Positions 54,500-64,000 of a DNA stretch of 64,000 bases are shown one piece after another. The notes below the pieces were generated by a model, which had not been told where the DNA came from, did no database searches, and worked only from the letters and a program-made list of their open reading frames with translations. This DNA comes from Octopus vulgaris (Eukaryota). The stretch covers positions 12,648,001-12,712,000 of the forward strand of contig OX597814.1 of NCBI GenBank assembly GCA_951406725.2, read 5' to 3'. Position numbers and translations under genes: made by a program. Numbering within the stretch: position 1 is the first letter of the stretch; every line of letters starts with the position of its first letter.

Positions 54500-54825
54500 T
54501 TCTTTGTCATGTTGGAAACAACGTTCAAGTGTGTTCAAAAAGGAATAAAATTTGAGTACAGAACTGGTCGTGGCTTGTTCAACCAACAGCGCTTCAACGG
54601 AAAAACTAAGACTTTAGTGTAGACAGTTCGAGACCTGCTCTTCGTAGACGGTTATGCAATTGTAGCATACAATCTTCAGGACATGCAATGAATTCTAAAC
54701 AACGTCACGCCTACATCGAAGGCTTTTGGTCTGACCACCAGCATCAAGAAAACTGAGCTTTTCCATCAGCCTATTCGCGACGAGCTTCACAATGTTGCTC
54801 CTACTGATGTTGATGGGAAATAATT
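54497..54825 (+). mobile_element. RTE LINE RT fragment (same family as 1500-2885)
   Basis: Aligns by eye to ~1850-2155 (FEYRT..FNQQRF, DLLFVD). Confidence 0.85.
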
Positions 54826-55033
54826 AAGCCACTAGCAGGCCTCAGAAGAAACATTCGTGTCAATAGATGATTAGTACTTCATTTTACTGAACCCCCATTT
54901 CACTAAATATACATGCATGCATACATCCATCCATCCATCCATCCATCCATCCATCCATCCATCCATACATACATACATACATACATATATACATACATAT
55001 ATACATACATACATAAATGATATATATATATAT

Positions 55034-55338
55034 GTGGAGGCGCAATGGCCTAGTGGTTAGGGCAGCGGACTTGCGGTCGCAGGTTCGCGGATTCGATTCC
55101 CAGACCGGGCGTTGTGAGTGTTTATTGAGCGAAACACCTAAAAGCTCCACGAGGCTCCGGCAGGGGGGGGGGGTGATCCCTGCTGTACTCTTTCACCACT
55201 CTTTCTCCCACTCTTTCTTCTGTTGGCCTGCTCGCTTAGCCAGTGGGGTGGCGTCATTCGAAGGCTAAAATAATGCGAACGCATTGTGACCAGCGATGTG
55301 TAACAACATCTGACGGTCTGGTCGGTCTGTCACGTAAT

Positions 55339-55346
<8 letters not shown>
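55034..55346 (+). mobile_element. tRNA-derived SINE family S4 inserted in (TA)n
   Basis: A box tggcctagtggttagggc, anticodon-like ttgcg, B box ggattcgattccc, followed by a non-tRNA body. Confidence 0.8.
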
Positions 55347-55395
<49 letters not shown>

Positions 55396-56625
55396 ATACA
55401 TGCCCAGGGAACAGGCAATTATGAAAGACAATTGGCCTCTACTGTCTGGAATGCTAGAATGCTAGAATGCTACACTTAACTATGGTCACGCCACAGTGTC
55501 ATATCACTAGCGGGACTCGAGGTAATTCATCACTGCTTCATCAAGATGTCTCAGTCACTGCTGGGAGAGATTGAAATAATAACAACTCTGTTCCCTGGAC
55601 CGAAGACAAAGTAAATATACTGTGACATGCATATAGAAGATCCTTATTGAGGTTAGCACCAAACTTTAACATCGGAGTTGTACAAAGAGGAGCCGCGTCA
55701 TGCCTTACAAGGAACATACTATGCCATACTCAACTTCTCGATCTACTAAACGTCTTTATTACTTTATGCTGTCAATCCATATGTTGCAACCTTGTTTTCA
55801 TAAATAAGCATTTAACAATGATGCAGACATACACAGGCATCCACTTATACATGTATGTATGTGTACACGTAGTCATATATAATGCACCATACACATATAT
55901 ATGCGTGAATGTCTATGTGCGTATGTGTATATATGGATGTATATATATATAGGGAGAGAGGCAGGGAGTGAGAGATCTAGAGAAAGGTGCAGAGAGTGTT
56001 TAGGGAGAGATAAAATCCTGTAAAACCGTAGATGCAGTTTTATTAATCCAAGGTCATATTTGAAAGCGTAGTAATAAATTCCCTTAAAAGTATGAGGTCG
56101 ACATATTTGGAATGCCAAGTGGAGATAAAAATGGGGTCAAGTAGCCAGAACATCGACAACAACTAATGCAACATCAATGATTTAACAATTCTGAACGTAG
56201 GGTGTCTGTTTATAGCTATTTTGACGTGATCGCTTGATTATGCAATGTATCTTACCTTATCTATATCTGAACGCTGAAGCATTGCTAAAAAAAGCATTGA
56301 TAAATCTATATTCCTTGTCAACAAATCTCTTGATAACTCAGGTGTGACTTTCCCAAGGAAAGCTAATCATAAATGCGCACATAGTCAGATTAATACACGT
56401 ATTCATACATATATGCAAACGCAGCAATACAAATGTACGCCGATATACACACAAAATTTATATCTATAAATTATACATATATATGTATGTATATATATGT
56501 GTATGTGTATATGTGTGTATATATGTATAAGTATATATGTATATATATACATATATATATATATATGTATGTATATATATGTATATATATATATATATGT
56601 ATATATGTGTATATATATGTATATA

Positions 56626-56718
<93 letters not shown>

Positions 56719-56719
56719 G

Positions 56720-56772
<53 letters not shown>

Positions 56773-56807
56773 GTATATATATATGTATATATATATATAT
56801 ATATATA

Positions 56808-57730
56808 TCTGTATATATATAAAAAGCACGATGTGTGTGTGTGTGCGTGCGTGTGTGAATGTAAATTGTGCACGTCCACAAATTAGCACGCATGTCGCTC
56901 AAACTTTAGGTGGACATTCGTTACGATCCCAGCTGAATTTTCGTCAAATTATTTTCTCCCGAGGCAGCAGTGAATACCAGTAAAAATAATTTTGTGCCAT
57001 AACTCTTAAACATTTTTCAAGTCGAAGAAATACGCCATTTGCAAATATGAGCTAAGTCCCCTTCAAGCTACGGTGTAAAGACAGGGAGAGAGAGGGGGGG
57101 GGGGAGAGAAAGAGAGGGTGAGAACAGATTTTAAGATTTCGTAGGGGTTGTTATGTATGTATGTATGTATGTGTGAATGGCTTCAGTCACACACACACAC
57201 ACACAAACACGAACATGTATGCGTAGAAAACACATGTGTGCATTGTGTGTGTGTGTGTGTTACCGAGACTTCGCAAATGATCAGCTATTATTTTGTAAAC
57301 AATGTTTTGAAAACTGTTGCAATTTGTAAACAATGTTTCGAAAATAGGTGTATGTACGTATATGTTTGTGTGTGTGTGTGTGTTTGTGTTTTGCCCGAGA
57401 CACGCTCCTTCGCAAACGATCAGCTATTATTTTGTAAACAATGTTTCGAACATAGGTGTACACAAATAGGTCTAGTGGGAGTTTTGACTGCTTTAAGTTC
57501 TCCAAAAACGAAAAAAAAAAAATCGATGAGTGCTAAAAATCGATAAACCGATTCCTTATGGGATCTCCTAATCAAATTGTCAGCAACTCATTTTCAGCCA
57601 AACGTTTACCAATTTCAATGGATTTCACTCAAATTTGACGACGCTGTTACTTAGTTTGGTTTGAAATAAAGAGCTTGATTAGTTCAATAATCTTAACTTA
57701 ATCCCGAGCAAAGCCGGGTTATACTGCTAG
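56808..57730 (+). mobile_element. Non-autonomous Helitron
   Basis: 5' A|TCTGTATATATATAAAA. 3' hairpin cccgagcaaagccggg (57703-57718), then CTAG|T at 57727-57731. Internal microsatellites and a duplicated ~70-bp unit (57255, 57390). Confidence 0.75.
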
Positions 57731-58040
57731 TATATATGAAGTATATATATACAAAACCATTCGCACCTAAAGCACATAAAGTTTGTTTACAAAAACAACT
57801 ACGAACTAAGATAGTTCTTAAATTTGACAGAAAGGAGCTGGCTGATTCTCAGGTGTAATCGGTAACGGGCTTAGTCGCGTTAACGAAACGATGTTTGTTC
57901 GAGTCGCACGCGTACGAGAAAGGTTTTTTTATTCTGTCGAGGTCTTATATGATCTATTAGTAGACAATTTTCTTTCATCATTTGCACGATGATCGCTATA
58001 AGCTTTGAGTTCATAAAAAAACATTATTATTATTTACGGA

Positions 58041-58078
<38 letters not shown>

Positions 58079-58722
58079 CGTGATATATGTACATATTTTC
58101 ATACATTTACAAATACACACATACATGAATATGTATGAATACATACAGAGAGAAAGTTAGGGAAAAATTCGTAGAGAAATGTAACGTATTACGAACAATA
58201 AATTAACTTCATTGATTCAGATGTGTCACAATGGTTTCAGAATATTATAACCTCAAAAGCACTACCTTACCGATGCACCGAGACATATTTAATCCCATCC
58301 TACGACGACGACCACAGCCAACAACAACAAAAATAGAAAAAGAGTGAACAAGTCTTGTAGGCACATCAAGAAAGAAAATATGTGCCTGTGTGCGTGTGGA
58401 GGGAATTATTTTCACTGGAATTGCCAAAAAATGCAAGACACTGAATACTTAACAAACATACATTTTTTGAATAAAGTATTTCAAAACAATTTCAGACGTT
58501 CTTCGTCAATGTTTGTGTTTCTAAATAGAATGTTATATAATCAAGACCTGGGTTTCACACAAAGCTTCACATGGAAGAGTTTACACACCAAGACACTTAT
58601 TGGATTACAGGAATTTTAATCTATATCCGACATTTCCTGAATTATTTCGCGGTTGTACCTTAAATCTTTTCTTGGGATAACAAGAATGAGTAAATTTCTT
58701 TCGCCGATATTCATAGTGATTT

Positions 58723-59023
58723 ACGGAGATGTACTTGCATAGCAAGTGATTTGATCTGAGATCGTGTGCTGGAACGAAAACAGTTGCAGCGTGGAAGGTG
58801 TTTGTAAGCCATTTAAGAAACACAAAAGTCGTTCGATTCACTTCAACATTTAAGTTTAATTTGTCGAAATATTTTCGTCGTTATAAGACCGCGACCTGTT
58901 CACTGACAAGCGGTCTTATAGCGACGAAAATATTTCGACAAATTAAACTTAAATGTTGAAGTGAATCGAACGGCTTTTGTGTGTTTCTTAAATGGCTTAC
59001 AAACACCTTCCACGCTGCAATTG
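58723..59023 (-). mobile_element. 301-bp palindromic mini-element with 12-bp TSD and variant hammerhead (family E)
   Basis: TSD tcatagtgattt at 58711-58722 and 59024-59035. Arms 58781-58892 and 58910-59023 are near-perfect inverted copies. The left arm has an extra 58-nt tail. Confidence 0.85.
58861..58909 (-). ncRNA. Minimal hammerhead with swapped G3-C8 core
   Basis: UUGUCa GUGAACA g GUCG-cggucuuauaa-CGAC GAAA AUAU UU cGACAA. Confidence 0.55.
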
Positions 59024-61596
59024 TCATAGTGATTTCCTTCAAAGAAAAAGAGAAGCCAAAAATAAAGCACTCTAGCTTGTAGAGAAGCTGGAAAGGTCTT
59101 TCGTTTAATATTTAGTTTTCCACTTTATTAGAAGTAATAGTTTGACTCTAAGCAGTGAGATAAGGCAATGTATGATGTATATGATAGAGATTGTTTTCAT
59201 GTTGAGGGCTGGGGGTAGATGGTTTACTTTTTGTGAACCTTACATTAAACCGGTGATAGAAGCAATTGGGTATTCTTAGTCATCATAGAAGTTCTTTTAG
59301 AAGTGGATCCAATTGTCCAAGAACATATTCTTATAATTATTGTAGAATCAAACTTGGAAGCATCAAATCTTTTGCATCTCATCGTACCAGATCTTAAAAT
59401 TTTAACAAAATCTTTAAAATTTAACAAACAAGAAAATCTATAAAATAAATGAAGCATTAGCATATCTTTACTGCTTTGTTTGTGTCTCATCGTTGGTATT
59501 ATTGTTGAAATTTAATTACACAGCGTTGGCACCCGATAGAGGTTATTCAAGCGAGCGCTTCTTCAATGACTCTAAATAATAAGGAATTAACTACAATAAA
59601 TATTTTTGAGTGAAAACAATAAAACTAGAAATGTCAAATTGTATAGAGATGCATTTAACAATGAACGTTTCTTTGAAAATTTGATGGAGATGCAAGACAG
59701 CTGTAGAATCGTTTGATATAGAGAGAAAGATTTCGAAATGAAAATCAAAAATTCTCCTATGAATTGTGGTTTGACAGGTTCCAACGATGGTCCAACGCAT
59801 GTTGCCAATGTGACGAAAACGGCTTACGTATGAGGATTTCCAAGGAAAGGCATCGTTTAAAAAATCTATTTCCTATTTTATTAGCGTGATTACAGGTATA
59901 TCTGTGTATTACAATGTTAAGTGTAGAAAGAACAGTTTGATTTCTGGCAGAAATATCCTGCAAGATTTGAATGAAAGCTAGGAAAACGAAAGCGAAAATA
60001 TTAGCACGCCAGTATCCTACTGATTTTAACTTTAAAAACTTTGCAAGTAATATTCTAACATTTACATTTACTGCCAGTACATAAAGCAAATTCTTCAGAA
60101 AATGAACTGAAAATGTAGAAACGATAAATTTCTACACATTTTAAGATGTTGCCATATGGGTTGAAGTGAAAATAGTGCAGACAATTCAAACCAAGTCTAC
60201 TTCACAAGAAAATATTAGGTCTATCATAGCTCACACCTGGCTTCTAGATTTTATGAGAGTGAGCATTGAAACAGTTATTGAAGGGGAAACTGATGTTCAA
60301 TGCGGTATGAAATATTTTTGAAGATTAAAACCCATATGAAGAAATTTTCATGTTCAAGCTTAACATTACTTCATTTAAATTCTATTGTGTACAGGTTAGT
60401 CTCATGCTCAAGTAATAAAAGTGTTACCAAAATTCACCTGTTGTGGTATTGAGATCATATGCTTTCATAATCATATCGCCATACCTAAGTCATGTTTCTA
60501 ATATATGTTTCTACCTTTCTACAAGAAAAAGAAAAAAATGGAAAAAAATTCAGTATAATGTTATACCATTTTCTCCATAGAAGAATTAATGTTCTTTCGG
60601 ACCTTAAATCTTCCATTTTGAGAAGATCCCCTCCCCTTGGTAGCAACGTGCGAAAGTTGTCTCGGAAACCCTAATTGTTCCGACTTCTTGGGAATCCACT
60701 ATATCCAAGTTTCTAGTTTGTTATCAATGAGATGCTAACAATTCTCACATAGTTTATCGTTTGATATGAGTGCTTTACACAAAGATGAACAAGTGTATGT
60801 ATTCTGAAGACCTAAGAGCCACAGAATGAAAGTTTGACAAGTTCTAACATTAATAAATTTTGTACGATTGTTGAGCAGTAAAATGTTTTTACTATGTAGA
60901 TGTAAACGTATGCCGTGTTTATAACCTTTGAAGCCCTGCCAATTATAGAAAAATTATAGGAAGCCCCCAGCCAATTATAGGAAAATTATAGGGAGCAGTT
61001 AATATTTTGTTTCTGATTAAGAAGGTTGTTATGAGAACGTTGCTTGAGTGATAATTCTAGAGAAATGTAATTGTATACCACTTACGAATTCAGATAATTA
61101 AAAAGGTTTTAGGCGGTCAGAGGGAGTGTACACGCCATCTATGTTAAAGTGATTATAATATAGTTGTGAATGAAGTTGTGTTAATTAGCTGCAGGTATAT
61201 TTCATGAACATCAGAATTTAGATAGGCCTAAGGGTACGCCTGAATATTATCTCCCAGTTACATACAATTTCTCAGAAGAAAATTGCGATCAATAACAGAA
61301 CTGACATTGGACTTCCACGGGACCTGGTATACGATTTTATTATCAACAACGGTCTAAATAAAGTCTCCTTAATGGGAATAAACTTCTATATGTTGCTTCT
61401 TGCTGCTGTTATTTTCTTTGAACATGATTTCATTATAAAAATCAATGTTTAAGCTGCAATTTCTGTGAATGTATTTAATGAATGTATCTTCAGTATTAAA
61501 GGTACATTGATTTTTTCCATCTATGAATATGTTTGCATACAGACACGCATTTCATGCATATATACATACATCTATATGTCTAAAAATGTGTATACA

Positions 61597-61669
<73 letters not shown>

Positions 61670-61671
61670 CA

Positions 61672-61703
<32 letters not shown>

Positions 61704-61706
<3 letters not shown>

Positions 61707-62880
61707 GGGTTGAACAAAGTAATGGAAAAATCTAGCATCACAGCATCATAATTTTGAAATATCTATAAAACCGTCAAAACCTTGTTTATTCTTATGCTTT
61801 TTGATTTATTATTAGTATTGTTTAATGTGTTTTGCTAAAATTGCTGTTTCTTTTCAGATATTATCAGAAAAAGGTAATTAAAATTCATTAAAATGACAGA
61901 TCTATCGAACTTTCAAAGAAGTTAAATTGTTGGTACTCATATGGCAGGCGTTAGCATAAAGAAAACAGTCAAAATGTTTGGTGTATCAATAAGAAATGTC
62001 TCGTAAGTAATGACATCCTTTGAGAAAGAGGGAAAAACCGCCTCGTCGAAACAAAACTCCGGAAGAAAACCAAAACTTTCGGAATGGGACCGTCGGACTC
62101 TAACGCGAATTGTTATAAAGGAGCACGAAAGTACTGCTCCCAAAATTACTTCAGATCTTGATAACCCCCTCGAGAACCCAGTTTCCACTAAGAATGGTCG
62201 CCTGGAGCTGCACAAAGCCGGATTTCACGGAAGGGCTGCAATCAGAAAACCACTACTTTCAAAACAAACATTGCAAAGCGTTTAGAGTGAAGTAAAAACC
62301 TACAGAATTGGTCCCTAGAGTAATGGAAAATGTTATTTTCTCAGACGAGTCATCCTTTACCTTATTTCCGACCACCGGTGACCGAGTATACTCCGAGTAT
62401 ACGCGTGGAGACAGCAAAAAAAAAGCATTTGACCCATACTGCCTTCTTGCAACTGTTAAACATGGCCCACTGGTTTCCCTTCATGGTAGAATTTTAGTCA
62501 AGATTATTTAAGAATTTTGTCTGATCAAATTCACCCTATATTTGCAGAACTGTTCTCGGAGGGAAATACAATCTTTCAGCACTAACTTACATAGCTAAAA
62601 TTGTTACTGAATGGTAGGAAGAGCATTCTAGTGAACTTAACATCTTATCTGGCCTCCACAGTCCCCAGACCTCAATATATTTGAACATTTATATTACATT
62701 TTAGAAAAACAAGTAATGAGTCGATATCCTCCGCCAACATCACTACAAGAACTGGAGACAGTTTTAGCTGGAGAATGGATAAAAATTCCATTGGAAATAA
62801 TTCAAATTTTGTAGGAGTCCATAGCTCGTAGAATTCAAACTGTGTTCCTACCCATATTAAAATAAATTTGTTTGAAATTT
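61704..62880 (+). mobile_element. Degenerate Tc1-family transposon
   Basis: TA|CAGGGGTTGAACAAAGTAATGG left TIR, NSGRKPKLSEWDRRTLTRIV, VIFSDESSF, WPPQSPDLN. Confidence 0.9.
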
Positions 62881-63149
62881 TAGCATCAATAGAAGATCAT
62901 GATATACATCTTATTTGACAAACCATATAAGAAAGTGGAACGATGCTCTAAATTAAATGATATAGTTATGTTATATAAACAAACATACATTGATACAATA
63001 TACCTCATTGTATTACTCTACCTATTGATGTATGTGTTTGTAAGTTTTGACTATATTTCTCCATTATCAAAATTTTATCCAACAATAACTTGAGTACATA
63101 AATAACAGAGAATCACCATTTACTCTCCTCTGGAGGTTTAATATTTTTC

Positions 63150-63275
63150 AAAAGTACAGCTCCCAAAATTACTACAGAGCTTAATGACCACCTCGAGAAC
63201 CCAGTTTCCACAAAAACTGTTCGTCGAGTGCTGCACAAAGCCGGTTTTCATGGTAGGGCTGCAATCAGAAAACCG
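63150..63275 (+). mobile_element. Short internal fragment of the same Tc1 family
   Basis: Matches 62128-62251 (STAPKIT..LENPVSTK..LHKAGFHGRAAIRKP). Confidence 0.8.
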
Positions 63276-64000
63276 TCTTAATATATGAAAGGTCAAGGGC
63301 CATTTGTAACTGTTGCAATGAATTTCACATTCGGAAAAAAAAAAATCATTTGACTATTGCGTCATGTAATTATATGTTCTCGCTATCTAACTTCATGTTT
63401 ATTTTCATATCCATATGCATTAGGGATTCCCTTAAAACATGACTGTTTCGTGTCAAATCACGGGGCAGTTGACAGTGACTTTTCTTCCAGTCATTCGTTA
63501 AGTTATCAACCATTTGCATTCAAGGAAACTCTATATCATAGCAGTCACTATAAAATATGTTGTAATGGTTACTCAGTGACTCGGTGGTAGAGTGAAGTTA
63601 GTCAAAATCAAGTTCATAGATGTCGAATTATTGCAAGGTTCATTCTCAACTGTGTTTAATTAATTGTATATACAGGGTTTGTTTTCTTTCACGTCGTCCT
63701 TGATCATATTTAGTACTTCATATACGTTTCTGCTTTTCTCATCAATAGTGGTGTAATTTTCCCAATTCTTGGTTCACTGATTCGAGTATAATGGTACAAA
63801 ATTGCCTGTTGTTATGCAGAGTTAATTATTTCTCAACGAATAAATACGTCAAAATTTGTGTTGTATAAGAAACCACTGTAAGGGAAATTAGCATGATAAT
63901 TTCTCTCATTGGGAATATTGAGAGCAAAACACCCTAGCGTCGCCTATTTGTTGGCATGTCATACTAATTGTAACACTCAAATCTATCACTGCAATCTGAA

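Noticed and set aside
60930-60997. Short tandem duplication gccaattatag.aaaattatagg
   Set aside because: Two copies only, with no further structure.

Overview
AT-rich, microsatellite-dense animal genomic DNA. The tRNA-derived SINE families suggest an octopus (inference). Almost all ORF-track entries are translated microsatellites or SINEs. One host gene is visible on the + strand: two small coding exons (5340-5412 and 25945-25982) that splice in phase to MLKQLTVLAVLFITCLAAKRKFAGGPIPQDCLECMCQ, the N-terminus of an invertebrate-type (i-type) lysozyme. They are separated by a 20.5-kb intron, and I found no downstream exons. The rest is mobile DNA. This includes a full-length L1/Tx1-clade LINE (intact 1133-aa ORF2, rearranged ORF1) inserted with a TSD into a SINE head, and decayed RTE, CR1-like, R4/Dong-like, Tx1 and Penelope fragments. 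There are also two mariner and one Tc1 fossils, a non-autonomous Helitron, a MITE, many SINEs and a 4x247-bp SINE array. The most striking unannotated signal is a dense set of hammerhead-ribozyme (HHR) motifs, roughly 15 intact or decayed, from several unrelated non-coding repeat families. At six loci they show the same head-to-head palindromic layout (HHR on the - strand in the left arm, on the + strand in the right arm). They look like Penelope-mobilised retrozyme-type mini-elements. One has a clean 12-bp TSD and a swapped G3-C8 catalytic core, and two well-formed HHRs lie in sense inside the lysozyme intron. All structures were read by eye; no searches or folding programs were run.
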